DNA of 64,000 nucleotides from the sequence record OQ790161.1. One strand, written 5' to 3'. A program made the position numbers and the translations under genes. A model generated the notes under the pieces. It worked only from the letters and a program-made list of their open reading frames with translations. It had not been told where the DNA came from and did not search any database. Shown here one piece after another: positions 36,034 to 45,666 of this stretch (positions within the stretch are counted from its first letter, which is position 1; every line of letters begins with the position of its first letter).

Positions 36034-38826
36034 ATGAAGAACACCCGCATCGCCGCGCAGCTGCGCAGCCTGTCGCTCAAGCCGTCGTTGGAAAGCGATG
36101 AGCAGAGCACCATCGAGACCGGCCCGGACGGCGAAGGTGTCGTCAAGCAGAAGCTCGACGAAGACGCCGCTTCCCCGAACCAGACCACCGAAGAAACCAC
36201 CCCGGCCGAAAACAAGGACCTGACGACCACGACCACCGAAGTGGGCGAGCGTTCGGAACTGGAAAGCGCCGAAACCACCGCAGCTGAAGACGGCGAAAAC
36301 GTCGTGGTCTCCACCGAAGGCTTCAAGGGCGCTTTCAAGGCGTTCGGCAAGACCTGGTCGATCGGCCTGCGCAACATCTTCAACAGCAACCTCGGCATTG
36401 CCAAGGCGTTCGCCAAGTTCGACGTCGAGCAGAAGCGCGAAGCCGAGAAGCTCAAGCAGCAGATCGAGCGCATCGCCGCCCGCATCAACGCCTACCATGA
36501 AGGCGACATCGAAAAGGCCAAGGCCGAAGGTCTGTCGACCGGTCCGGTGAAGGACCTGGACGATGACCAGATGATGGACGCCATCCTGAAGGGCGGCGTC
36601 GTTCCGTTCTACACCACCTACTACGGTCACAAGGTCGAGTCGCTGGAGAAGGAACTGAACGCCAAGCTGAACCAGCTGAACCAGCTGCTCAAGAGCAACG
36701 GCGTGTCGATGGAAGGCGAAGGCGACGAAGGCGAAGGTTCCGAGATCGAAACCGGTCCGGGCAGCGAAGGCGTGGTCAAGGCCACCGTCGATGCTTCTGC
36801 CGAAACCCCCAACCAGACCACCGAAGAAACCACTCCGGTCGAGAACGAAGACGTCACCGCCAAGACCGTGGACGTGGGCGAACGCTCGGACCTGGAATCG
36901 GCGCAGACCGAAATCACCGCCGGCGAAGGCGACGTGGTTGTTTCGACCGAAGGCTTCAAGGGCGCGTTCAACGCCGCCGGCAAGGTCTGGAACGCTCACT
37001 GGAAGTCGATCTTCAAGAACGAAGGCTTCTTCAAGGCCAACAAGCGCATGTCGCAGATCGACATCGATCAGAAGCGCCAGGCTGAAAAGCTGAAGCAGCA
37101 GATCGAAGCGCTGGCTGCGCGCATCTCGGCATATCACGAAGGTGACGTCGAGAAGGCCAAGGCTGAAGGCCTGAGCACCGGCAGCACCAAGCCGCTGAGC
37201 GATGACCAGGTGATCGATGCCGTGCTGAAGGGCCGCATGATCCCGTTCTACACGACCTACTACGGTCACAAGGTCGAAAGCCTGGACAAGCAGTTCCAAG
37301 CCAAGCTGAAGGAACTGGACACCCTGCTCAAGGCGGGCAACGTGTCGGTCGAGTCCTACGACGACGCCGGCGTGGAAGCTGCGCAGGCCTTCGCTGACGG
37401 CGCCGCTGGCGCTGCCGCCGCTGCTGCCCAGGCCACCGAAGGCGGTGATGGTGAGCAAGCTGCTGCCGTGGAAGTGGTCGAAGAAGCGGCTGCTGTGGTC
37501 GAAGACGTCACCGACGCCGTCGATCCGGACGCTGAAGAAGACGCTGCGATCGAAGCCGGCCGTGCCGAACTCGATGGCCTGGACGCCGAGATCGCCGATG
37601 GCGAAGCACACGTCGAGGAATACGAGCAGGCCGAAGCCACCCTGGAATCGCTGATCGAAGCACTGCAGGATGCGCAAGCCTCCGGCGGCCTGACCCGTCA
37701 GGCAGCTCGCTTCGCCACCATCAGCTTCGAGTCGATCGGCGTGCGCCTGACCGGCCGTCCGTTCGTCAACGCCCAGGGCGACAACCTGATGCCGTCGCTG
37801 GAATCGTTCGGCACCACCATGCGCCGTGACGAAGCCACCACCGTGTCGCTGGAAGGCGCCAAGGAAGTGCTGCAGCAGGTCTGGGAAGTTCTGAAGAAGA
37901 CCTTCACCACCATCAAGGACTGGATCGTCAAGTTCGTCAAGGCCGTGTTCGACCAGGGCGAGCGCTACAACCAGCGTGCCGACAAGGTGCTGGCTGCTGC
38001 CGCCAAGGCGGGCAGTGCGCCCAAGTCGCAGACCGTCAAGTTCAGCGGCGCCTCCAAGGTGGCCATCGGTTCGGAAGTCAGCCTGGCTGGCCTGGACGTG
38101 CTGGTCAAGATCGCCACCGAAGCCGGCGTGCGTTCCTCGGATGCTTCCCGTGCCATCATGGCTGCCCGTCAGGGCATGAACAACGCCATGCAGGCGGCCG
38201 GTGACATCGAGAAGGTGCGCGAGCAGCTGCTGAACATCGGCCGTGAGGCTGGTGCCAACGCCGCCGCCGGTGCGTTCCGTTCGGAAGTGTTCAGCAAGGA
38301 CGCCGAAGTCGAAGGCAAGAAGGGCTACTCCACCGACGTGCTGCCGGGTAACATCACCCTGGTCAACGTCGATCCGATGGAAGAAGACAATGCCTTCAAG
38401 GCGATCTTCTACATGGCCAAGGGCGGTCGCGTGACCGTGGTTGCTGATCCGAATGCTGGCGAAGTCAACTCCGAGCAGAAGACCCTGTCGGCGGAAGAAA
38501 TCAAGACCGTGGCCAACAAGGTCAAGGCCGTGGTTGCTGCTGCCGCCAAGTCCAAGTCGGAGCTGAAGGAAGAAGCGCTGGACTTCGGCAACATCAACGT
38601 GCCGGAGAACACCCCGGACGAAGTGGCCAACCTGTTCAAGACGAACGCGAAGTCGCTGGGCAAGCTGCTGCACATCAGCACCGGCTCGATCGCCAAGCTG
38701 CTGAAGTACTCGGTGGGTACCTCCGGTTACTACCTGGACTACGCCAACGCGTCGCTCAAGCAGTACGGCGCCGCCATCGAAGGCGAAGCCACCAAGCCGG
38801 AAGCTGCGGAAGCCGCTGCGGCCTAA
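36034..38826 (+). CDS. Inner-body/head polyprotein (phiKZ gp93-family C-terminal module) with a duplicated N-terminal module
   Basis: At least eight S-x-E sites (SLES, STEG, SMEG, STEG, SVES, SFES, SLES, SLEG); ~212 aa internal duplication. Confidence 0.7.
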   Translation: MKNTRIAAQLRSLSLKPSLESDEQSTIETGPDGEGVVKQKLDEDAASPNQTTEETTPAENKDLTTTTTEVGERSELESAETTAAEDGENVVVSTEGFKGAFKAFGKTWSIGLRNIFNSNLGIAKAFAKFDVEQKREAEKLKQQIERIAARINAYHEGDIEKAKAEGLSTGPVKDLDDDQMMDAILKGGVVPFYTTYYGHKVESLEKELNAKLNQLNQLLKSNGVSMEGEGDEGEGSEIETGPGSEGVVKATVDASAETPNQTTEETTPVENEDVTAKTVDVGERSDLESAQTEITAGEGDVVVSTEGFKGAFNAAGKVWNAHWKSIFKNEGFFKANKRMSQIDIDQKRQAEKLKQQIEALAARISAYHEGDVEKAKAEGLSTGSTKPLSDDQVIDAVLKGRMIPFYTTYYGHKVESLDKQFQAKLKELDTLLKAGNVSVESYDDAGVEAAQAFADGAAGAAAAAAQATEGGDGEQAAAVEVVEEAAAVVEDVTDAVDPDAEEDAAIEAGRAELDGLDAEIADGEAHVEEYEQAEATLESLIEALQDAQASGGLTRQAARFATISFESIGVRLTGRPFVNAQGDNLMPSLESFGTTMRRDEATTVSLEGAKEVLQQVWEVLKKTFTTIKDWIVKFVKAVFDQGERYNQRADKVLAAAAKAGSAPKSQTVKFSGASKVAIGSEVSLAGLDVLVKIATEAGVRSSDASRAIMAARQGMNNAMQAAGDIEKVREQLLNIGREAGANAAAGAFRSEVFSKDAEVEGKKGYSTDVLPGNITLVNVDPMEEDNAFKAIFYMAKGGRVTVVADPNAGEVNSEQKTLSAEEIKTVANKVKAVVAAAAKSKSELKEEALDFGNINVPENTPDEVANLFKTNAKSLGKLLHISTGSIAKLLKYSVGTSGYYLDYANASLKQYGAAIEGEATKPEAAEAAAA
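36112..37350 (+). repeat. Tandem intragenic duplication, period ~633-639 nt
   Basis: IETGP at 36112 and 36745; YGHKVESL at 36622 and 37261; shared PNQTTEETTP, VVVSTEGFKGAF and RI.AYHEGD.EKAKAEGLSTG. Confidence 0.9.
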
Positions 38827-38841
38827 GTGTCACCTGAAGTA

Positions 38842-38882
38842 GGCATATTGCGAGGGGTCCTTCGGGACCCCTCGCTTATGTC
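38842..38882 (+). terminator. Hairpin, GGCATA...TTATG family
   Basis: ggcatatt-gcgaggggtcc-ttcg-ggacccctcgc-ttatgtc. Confidence 0.75.
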
Positions 38883-38948
38883 GGGTATTGTATGTGTCCC
38901 GCGAATATGTGCGCGGACTCATGCACACTTTTTCGCGAGAGAAACCTA

Positions 38949-40286
38949 ATGAAGAATCTCAAAACGCATTTCACCGCCGCCTCCGCGCAGGTTGCGATGG
39001 AAAGCTTCGATGAAGGGGCTTCCATTGCCCTGGACCACACCGAAGCTTTCGCCGCCCAGTACGAGCGTGATGAAGCGGCCGACGGCCGTGCAATCGATGC
39101 CGCCGCAGATGCCGTGGAAGCTGGCATCAACGATGTCGCCTCGCTGGAGTCGCTGATCACTGCGATCGACGAGGCCCGTGACGTGGGCATGGAAGCTGGT
39201 TCGGCCCAGTTCGCCAAGCTGCAGCTGTCCACCATCCAGAACCGCTACCAGATCACCGGTACCGAATCGGCCATGCCGTCGCTGGAATGCTTCGACGGTC
39301 GTCAAGCCCGTCTGGCCACCACCGTTACCATGGAGTCGGTGAAAGAAACCCTGAACAAGATCTGGGAATGGATCAAGGAGATGGGTCGCAAGTTCATCAA
39401 GATGGCCCGTGATGCCTGGCATCGCATGACCAAGAACATCGACGTGCTGCTCGCCGACGCCGACAAGTTGAAGAAGTTCGTTCAACGCAACAAGTTCGAA
39501 GGTGGTCGACAGATCAACATCGGTGGCTTGGCCAATCGCCTGAGTGTGGACGGCCAAGTACCGCGCGACTGCACCTCGGCTTTGCAAAAGCTGGGTCAGC
39601 TGACCCGCGTGGGTGAAGAAACGGTCGAGCGCGTCCACAATGAAGTTACCGCAGCGTTCGAGCGTAAGCTCAAGGGCGAACGTGCTGACCTGCGCCGGGA
39701 AGTGATGATTCCCTCCACCTGGCATCAGGTCGATCCGGGCAGGTATCCCAGCCTGTTTGCGCAGCGAACCGGTGCGGAAATCTACGTCTCCCCTTCCCTG
39801 CCGGGCGAGATCGCCCTGCTGATCACCACCTTCGGCGGTGAGGATCGTACTGACAAAGCCACCGTGCGCAACTGGGACGGCAGCAGCACGACCTACACCA
39901 GCACGGTGGGCGTGATGCGTCTGGAAAAGGACCGTACTTCCCCGATCTTCGAAACGCTCAGTTCGCAGGAAGTGTTCACTCTGTGCCAGCGCGTGCAGAA
40001 GGCCATCACGGCCATGCAGAGCTCGCGTCGTGCGATGGACGATCACTTCAAGCGCGTGGATGCATCGATCGCTCAGTTGCAGCGTAAGAGCCGTGACCTG
40101 CCCGAAGATTCGGACATCCCGGCACCGGCTCGCCTGTCGGCGTGGTTCTTCAAGAACAACACCGTCTTCGGCACCGACCTGCTGCGTGCAATCGAAAGCC
40201 AGACCTATTCGGTCCTGCGTGGCTTCCTGCGTCTGGGTGAGCTGTGCGTTCCGAACGAGCTGCGTGAGCAGAAGGCCAACGCCTGA
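38949..40286 (+). CDS. Inner-body protein paralog
   Basis: Start MKNLKTHF (38949); AMES, SLES, SLEC and TMES sites then an ETLNKIWEWIKEM helix, as in neighbouring paralogs. Confidence 0.7.
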   Translation: MKNLKTHFTAASAQVAMESFDEGASIALDHTEAFAAQYERDEAADGRAIDAAADAVEAGINDVASLESLITAIDEARDVGMEAGSAQFAKLQLSTIQNRYQITGTESAMPSLECFDGRQARLATTVTMESVKETLNKIWEWIKEMGRKFIKMARDAWHRMTKNIDVLLADADKLKKFVQRNKFEGGRQINIGGLANRLSVDGQVPRDCTSALQKLGQLTRVGEETVERVHNEVTAAFERKLKGERADLRREVMIPSTWHQVDPGRYPSLFAQRTGAEIYVSPSLPGEIALLITTFGGEDRTDKATVRNWDGSSTTYTSTVGVMRLEKDRTSPIFETLSSQEVFTLCQRVQKAITAMQSSRRAMDDHFKRVDASIAQLQRKSRDLPEDSDIPAPARLSAWFFKNNTVFGTDLLRAIESQTYSVLRGFLRLGELCVPNELREQKANA

Positions 40287-40292
40287 CCTATC

Positions 40293-40315
40293 GGCGGACC
40301 TTCGGGTCCGCCTTT
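40293..40315 (+). terminator. Hairpin, UUCG loop
   Basis: ggcggacc-ttcg-ggtccgcc-ttt. Confidence 0.7.
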
Positions 40316-40340
40316 AGTTCACCTGACAAGAGAAAGCAAC

Positions 40341-41702
40341 ATGTCCCGTCTCTCCCAGAAATTGCACGTCGTCCATCAGGCGGCTGTGGCACGGGTCAGT
40401 ATGGAGTCGCTTCTCCAAGATCTGGACACCGACACCGTTTCCTTGGAACAGCAGCTCGATGAGATCAGTTCGCTGACTCGGCTGGCCAATGGATTGGGTG
40501 ATGTGGTCCTGAGTTTGGAAGCCATCTCTGAACCGACCTACGATCATCATCACAGCGCCCGTATGGACGCGGTGGACCTACTCAAGGCCAGTGGCCTCAA
40601 CGGCCGTGAAGCGGCCAATCTGTTCCCCTCGTTGGAAGCAGACAACCCCAGCTCTGGCTGGGAGAAGTTCAAGGCGTTCTTGAAGCGTCTGTGGGACATG
40701 GTGGTTGATGGTGCCAAGAAGTTGCTTGCCCTGATCGACAACATCTTCAAGAAGTCCACGCTGGCTGAAAAGGCAGCGATGAACCGCATTCGTCAACTGA
40801 ATGTGGAGTTGGCCAAGCGCAAGGACATGATCACGCGCCTCGCGCAGATCAAGCTGCGTGCCAGCCATCGCTACGTGCTGTCCAATGAAACGGCCAGCCC
40901 GCTGACCTACCAAGCCGTCAGTGCAAACATCACCCACTTCAAGAAAGCACGTGATGCGGCCTTGAAGGTCCTGCCCGATCAAGTGATCGAGTCCGGTCGT
41001 GCGCTGGGTAAGGCCATCGATGCGATCAATGTCCGTGTGGCCGGTTCGGTCACCGCAGGTGGCACCAACACCCCGACGTACACGATCGACTCCGAAGCCA
41101 TGGTTGCTGCCGTCGCCCCGATGGAAGGAACCAAGTTGGCCTCCAAGCTGGGCTTTGATGAAGGGGTGCTGGAACTGATCTTCGATCGACAGTTGGTGGT
41201 CAATGAAGGTCAGGGCGCTCTGGACACCGACAGCTACGGCATCTCGCTCAAGCAGAACCCCGGCGTCAAGACCGACCTGTTCGATTCGCTGGAAGCTTCG
41301 GCTTTCTCGATCGCGGACATCACCCGGACCTTGGCGTTGGCTGCTGATCTGATTGACTCCGGTCATTCGGCTGATCTGCAGCGCAAGTTCGGCCGCACCA
41401 AGCTGTTGTCCAAGGCCATGTCCGAAGTTGCCAGTGAGACCCTGAACAAGGTGCTCAAGCTCAAGGACCTTGCCGTGGATGAACGCAAGGCAGTCACCTT
41501 CGTGTTGCGCATCAACCAGAGCCTGCCGCAGTGGGCCTCGGTGGCCTATGGCCAGCTCAATACCCTGAACGTCCATGTGGTCGACTCCCTGTTGGATTTG
41601 GCAGCCGATCAGATCAAGAACTACGGTTCGGATGAGACCAAGGAAGAGCCGGCCAAGTCCAAGGACGAAAAGAAGTCCGACGACAGCGATAAGAAGGCAT
41701 AA
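40341..41702 (+). CDS. Inner-body protein paralog
   Basis: SMES, SLEQ, SLEA and SLEA sites then WEKFKAFLKRLWDMV. Confidence 0.7.
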   Translation: MSRLSQKLHVVHQAAVARVSMESLLQDLDTDTVSLEQQLDEISSLTRLANGLGDVVLSLEAISEPTYDHHHSARMDAVDLLKASGLNGREAANLFPSLEADNPSSGWEKFKAFLKRLWDMVVDGAKKLLALIDNIFKKSTLAEKAAMNRIRQLNVELAKRKDMITRLAQIKLRASHRYVLSNETASPLTYQAVSANITHFKKARDAALKVLPDQVIESGRALGKAIDAINVRVAGSVTAGGTNTPTYTIDSEAMVAAVAPMEGTKLASKLGFDEGVLELIFDRQLVVNEGQGALDTDSYGISLKQNPGVKTDLFDSLEASAFSIADITRTLALAADLIDSGHSADLQRKFGRTKLLSKAMSEVASETLNKVLKLKDLAVDERKAVTFVLRINQSLPQWASVAYGQLNTLNVHVVDSLLDLAADQIKNYGSDETKEEPAKSKDEKKSDDSDKKA

Positions 41703-41746
41703 GTCAAGGCACTCTAGGGTTTGCGCCCTAGAGTGCCATCTTATGG
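41696..41746 (+). terminator. Long hairpin, GGCATAAG...CTTATG family
   Basis: ggcataagtcaa-ggcactctaggg-tttgcg-ccctagagtgcc-atcttatgg. Confidence 0.7.
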
Positions 41747-41799
41747 CGTCTGTACATTCGGACGTACTGGCCCAATCAATCCACTTTGGAAATATGCAT

Positions 41800-43971
41800 A
41801 TGTCCAACATTGCCCGACACCTCCGCGAACTCGCCGCTGCACGGCGCGTGAGCCAGGAGGCCGCTACCGACCCGACCGTGCAGGGTCAGGAAGGTAACCT
41901 CGACGAAAACGAACTGAAGCAGGTGGCTGATGCCGCCGCTGCCGATGTCGATACCACCGAAACCTCCAGTGCCGACGGCGCTGATCCGACCAATACCGAG
42001 CCGCCGGCTGTTGAGGGCGGTGATGAAGGCGCTGGCGAGCCCGAGGCTGCCGCCGAAGGTGACGCTGCTGCCGATACCGCTCCCCCGGCCGAAGAAGGCG
42101 CTGCTGCGCCGGAAGCGGGCGCTGAAGAAACCCCGGTCGAAGAGATCCAGACCCCGGCTGAAGCCGAACTGGCCCAGATCGATGGTGGTCCCAGTGGCGA
42201 AGAGCCCGGCGCGGCTGATGCCGACCTGAGCGCGGCTGAACCGCCGGCCATCGAAGGTGGCGAAGAAGCTGCGGGTGAACCCGCTGCTGATGCTGGCGCT
42301 GTGGAAGGTGGGGAAGGCGGTGAACTGCCTGCCGCCGACGCAGGTGAGCCGGCCGCCGCTGAGCCGGCTGCTACCGATGCCCCGGTCGTCGATGACGCCG
42401 CGGCCGCTGAAGTGCCCGCCGATGCCACCCCCGACGCTGCGGTGGTCGATGAACCCGCCCCGCCGGTGGCTGACCTGGGTGAAGATGCTGGTGCTGCTGC
42501 CGAACCCAATGCGGCCGACGCTGCCGATACGGCCGGCCCCAAGGAAGCACCTGCTGCAACTCCCGAAGCCGTGGAGAAATCCGATGCGGTGATGGAAGTG
42601 GTCGAACTGACCGAAGCCGCTGCCGAAGCCTCCTCGGCTGAAGAAGTGCTCCAGCAGGCCCGTGGCATCGAAGACGGTCTGACCGAACTGGCCGATACCG
42701 CCGAAGCGGTCAACGAAGCCGGTGGTGTGGACATGCAGTCCTACGCCATGCTGGAACTGGCCGCCAAGGCCATCTCCGCTCCGATGTGCCGTGGCAAGAT
42801 CAACTTCGGCATCTCGATGGAAGGCTTCATCGGTGGCGAGCGTCAGCTGGTGTCGCTGGAAGACATCCAGACCCTGATCGGCGACATGCAGCTGATCCAG
42901 CCGGAACTGGAGCGCGAAGCTCTGGACTCGCTGGACCGCATGGTCTGCTCGCTCAAGGACGCCCTGCCCTCGGCCCGTGAGCGCATCCAAGGCGTGGTCG
43001 CCCGTTCCAAGGCCAAGACCGCCGAGAACAGCGGTTCGATCGAGATGGTGCCGGAACTGCAGGCTGCCCTGTCGGTGAACGGTACCGTACCCGATGACCT
43101 CACCGATGGCCTGTTCGATTACATCGAGCTGGGCAAGTCGCTGGTCAACAGCTACACCCCGGCCGCCTTCCGTGCTGCCACCGAAGCGTCCCTGCTGACC
43201 AACTCCGTCGAGTTCAACTCGGTGGAAGGTTTCTGGGAAAAGGTCGGTCAGCGTATCGACACCGTGGCCGATCCGCGTTGCCTGATCCCGGCCTCGCTGC
43301 TGTCCATCGATCTGCCGGGCGGGCGTTGCCTGTTCAGCGAAGCCGGTGGTGGCGTGGAAGCCTCCAACCCGACCGCAGCCAAGCTGTACGAGTACACCGA
43401 CGGCCTGGTGCCGCTGGAGTCCACCGTGGCGGTGCGTGCGGGTGAAGGTGCCGGTTCCAGCCAGTACAACGCCCTGACCAATGCCAAGATCACCTCGATC
43501 GGCGCTGGCTTCCTGGACGTGCTGGACATGGACAAGATCTGCTGCCTGCTCGAGCAGGGCGGCAAGCTGTGGCCGGATGCGCAAGGCGCCATCCGTCACC
43601 TGCGTGAAGTGCTCAACGGCGCCCCGCAGGACATCGCCCAGATCGCCGGCGGTGATTTCCCGCAGCTGGTCAAGTTCCTGGAAGTGAACTACTCGCTGGC
43701 CACCTGGCCGCTGCTGAACTACCTGACCAACATGGTGTTCACGGCCAATGCCTTCGTCATGCTGGCCGAGCTCTCGCTCAAGGCCACCGGCGAAGTGGCT
43801 GCCGAGCCGGTCGTCGAAGAAGCTCCGCTGGATCCGGTTACCGATGTGGCTCCCGAGTCCACCCCGGAAGTCGATCCGGCTGCCGAACCGGCTGCTACCG
43901 ATGACGTTGCCCCGCCGCTGCCGGAAGAAGGTACCGATCCGTCGGTCTCCGACGAACCGCCGGCCCTCTAA
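41800..43971 (+). CDS. Head protein with a long acidic Ala/Glu/Pro propeptide
   Basis: Start MSNIARHL (41800); ~270 aa low-complexity region, then ISMEG/VSLED and a globular domain. Confidence 0.7.
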   Translation: MSNIARHLRELAAARRVSQEAATDPTVQGQEGNLDENELKQVADAAAADVDTTETSSADGADPTNTEPPAVEGGDEGAGEPEAAAEGDAAADTAPPAEEGAAAPEAGAEETPVEEIQTPAEAELAQIDGGPSGEEPGAADADLSAAEPPAIEGGEEAAGEPAADAGAVEGGEGGELPAADAGEPAAAEPAATDAPVVDDAAAAEVPADATPDAAVVDEPAPPVADLGEDAGAAAEPNAADAADTAGPKEAPAATPEAVEKSDAVMEVVELTEAAAEASSAEEVLQQARGIEDGLTELADTAEAVNEAGGVDMQSYAMLELAAKAISAPMCRGKINFGISMEGFIGGERQLVSLEDIQTLIGDMQLIQPELEREALDSLDRMVCSLKDALPSARERIQGVVARSKAKTAENSGSIEMVPELQAALSVNGTVPDDLTDGLFDYIELGKSLVNSYTPAAFRAATEASLLTNSVEFNSVEGFWEKVGQRIDTVADPRCLIPASLLSIDLPGGRCLFSEAGGGVEASNPTAAKLYEYTDGLVPLESTVAVRAGEGAGSSQYNALTNAKITSIGAGFLDVLDMDKICCLLEQGGKLWPDAQGAIRHLREVLNGAPQDIAQIAGGDFPQLVKFLEVNYSLATWPLLNYLTNMVFTANAFVMLAELSLKATGEVAAEPVVEEAPLDPVTDVAPESTPEVDPAAEPAATDDVAPPLPEEGTDPSVSDEPPAL

Positions 43972-43983
43972 GGGGAATGTACC

Positions 43984-44442
43984 ATGAAACTGAGCGTGGC
44001 CTTTGAGGCCCTCGACAATCAGGAACTGGTACAGGTGATCCGCAAAGAGATTGCTCCGGCACTCTTGGAAGCGGAGGAAGTCGTATTGGCAGCTTCGGCC
44101 GCCAATACCTCGGCCGACCAAACCCTGTGGGAATCGGCAAGCAGCGAAAGCGGTGACATCGCCGTGGGTATGCAGGAGGTCATTACCGAACTGCAAGGTC
44201 AAAACGGTACCGGCGGTGTTTCGCTGGAATCGCTGGCCTTTGCCCAGGTGGCACTGACGGCCATGGGTCGTCGCAGTAACGTTCCGGTGCAGCTGTCCAT
44301 CGCTTCGCTGGAAGACGTTGCTGGAGTCGACAAGGTCCAAGTGAGCACCAACGTGCTGGAAGCACTGACCGATAGCTACACGAACCTGACCGCCAAGGCC
44401 AGTCGTGAAGCCCAACGTCTGGGCGAGCTGCTCAAGCGGTAA
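43984..44442 (+). CDS. Small head protein
   Basis: AFEA, VSLES and ASLED motifs. Confidence 0.6.
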   Translation: MKLSVAFEALDNQELVQVIRKEIAPALLEAEEVVLAASAANTSADQTLWESASSESGDIAVGMQEVITELQGQNGTGGVSLESLAFAQVALTAMGRRSNVPVQLSIASLEDVAGVDKVQVSTNVLEALTDSYTNLTAKASREAQRLGELLKR

Positions 44443-44444
44443 AG

Positions 44445-44489
44445 CGCATAAGTAGAGCCAGAGGGGATCAACCCCTCTGGCTTTATGCC
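44445..44489 (+). terminator. Hairpin, GCATAAG...TTATGCC family
   Basis: gcgcataagt-agagccagagggg-atca-acccctctggcttt-atgcc. Confidence 0.75.
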
Positions 44490-44615
44490 GTTCTACGTAT
44501 TTTGACACTCCGTTCACATTTAGATAATTCTCTACCGATGTGAATGACGATGTGGAGAAGGTATCTCGAGAGACCTTAACTCCATCGTCGTCACCCAACG
44601 AAAGGAGCATTGATC

Positions 44616-44990
44616 ATGCGACTTATCGACCAGCGGCCAATTTCCCATCAGCAACCTTTTCCGCTGATGGTAATGGCCTTGGGAGACTTGCAGCAAGGGG
44701 ATGTGTGTCACCACTACCGCGTAGCACGGAACTACGGCGATCACATGACGGTTGGCGGACCGGAGATCGTGCTATGTAGTGGAGCTGTAGAGGGCGGTAC
44801 TCATGATGGTCTCACGCTGGATAGCGTATTGGCCATTTGCGAGGATTACGCCAAAACCCAGTCGCATGGTTCGCCGAGTATGCGAATGGTTACATCGCAG
44901 TTGCAAGCAGCTCGCAGGCTGTTGGCAGCTGATGAATCGAGTGGGCCCCATCCCACTCATACAGGGGGCGATTCAAGCTTGGCCAATTAG
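44616..44990 (+). CDS. Diverged Tad1-like protein (paralog 1)
   Basis: AAGGAG RBS, ATG 44616, 124 aa; HHYRV...IVLCSGAVEGGTHDGLTLDSVLAICEDY matches the Tad1-family H.Y.I...I.FQ.G....G..G.T.E.LL.I..DRL pattern (recalled). Confidence 0.5.
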   Translation: MRLIDQRPISHQQPFPLMVMALGDLQQGDVCHHYRVARNYGDHMTVGGPEIVLCSGAVEGGTHDGLTLDSVLAICEDYAKTQSHGSPSMRMVTSQLQAARRLLAADESSGPHPTHTGGDSSLAN

Positions 44991-45074
44991 CGTCCGCAAC
45001 CGCTAGTGAGCTAAGACGGGATACTCGGGGCAATACCTACCCTTTCCCAATGTACTGACCAGAGGAACACCATC

Positions 45075-45506
45075 ATGCGCCAGATTTCCAGCCAGAATGC
45101 CCATGGCTCAAGCGCACTTCGCATCACCGCGGACGAAGTTCCCTTCCGTGGTTTCTCAGCCCACCGCTACGTCGTCGAAGGTTTCGACACCAGTGCAAAC
45201 CGGGCTGTCCGCGCGGACGGTTTCGTTCCGCGTTTCCGTGAGCTCTCGATCATCTTTGCGACCGAAGAAGCGGCCAACGATGTCCTCCCGGATGGCGTCA
45301 CCATCGACGCACTGCTGGCCATTGTGGCCGACCACTTGAGTGCCAAGGTCAATGGACCCAACGGCACGATGGGCAAGTCTCTTGCCTTGGAGTACATCGA
45401 AAGCGCGCGTGACGTCCTCGCCCAGGACGCTGTTTCCCACGCCGCCTTCGATACGCCCGTGTTCAGCGGTAACGCTTTCCAGCGTACCGGCACCGGCGCT
45501 CTGTAA
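45075..45506 (+). CDS. Diverged Tad1-like protein (paralog 2)
   Basis: LRITADE...SAHRYVVEGFDTS...IIF......LPDGVTIDALLAIVADHL...GP......ALEYIESA follows the Tad1-family consensus (recalled). Confidence 0.65.
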   Translation: MRQISSQNAHGSSALRITADEVPFRGFSAHRYVVEGFDTSANRAVRADGFVPRFRELSIIFATEEAANDVLPDGVTIDALLAIVADHLSAKVNGPNGTMGKSLALEYIESARDVLAQDAVSHAAFDTPVFSGNAFQRTGTGAL

Positions 45507-45512
45507 ACAGAG

Positions 45513-45549
45513 GACATGACCCCCACCCTACGGGGTGGGGGTTTATGCC
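45513..45549 (+). terminator. Hairpin, TTATGCC flank
   Basis: gacatga-cccccaccc-tacg-gggtggggg-tttatgcc. Confidence 0.75.
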
Positions 45550-45571
45550 GTCGATTTAGTGGATTGAAAGC

Positions 45572-45597
45572 TTTTTCAGACATATAACACTACTGTG
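45572..45597 (+). promoter_or_regulatory. Putative promoter, variant of TTTC-N7-TACT-N7-TG
   Basis: TTTT tcagaca TATA acactac TGTG. Confidence 0.4.
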
Positions 45598-45666
45598 AGT
45601 TGAGCTAGAGATAAGTTCTTCTCACCACTAAAACAAGAAACACCCACTCACCAAGAGGTAATCGAA

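Noticed and set aside
41776-44610. 944 aa minus-strand ORF (and similar ones at 36028-38673, 22486-24576, 25118-26779, 55238-56941)
   Set aside because: In-register antisense mirrors of strongly biased real genes.
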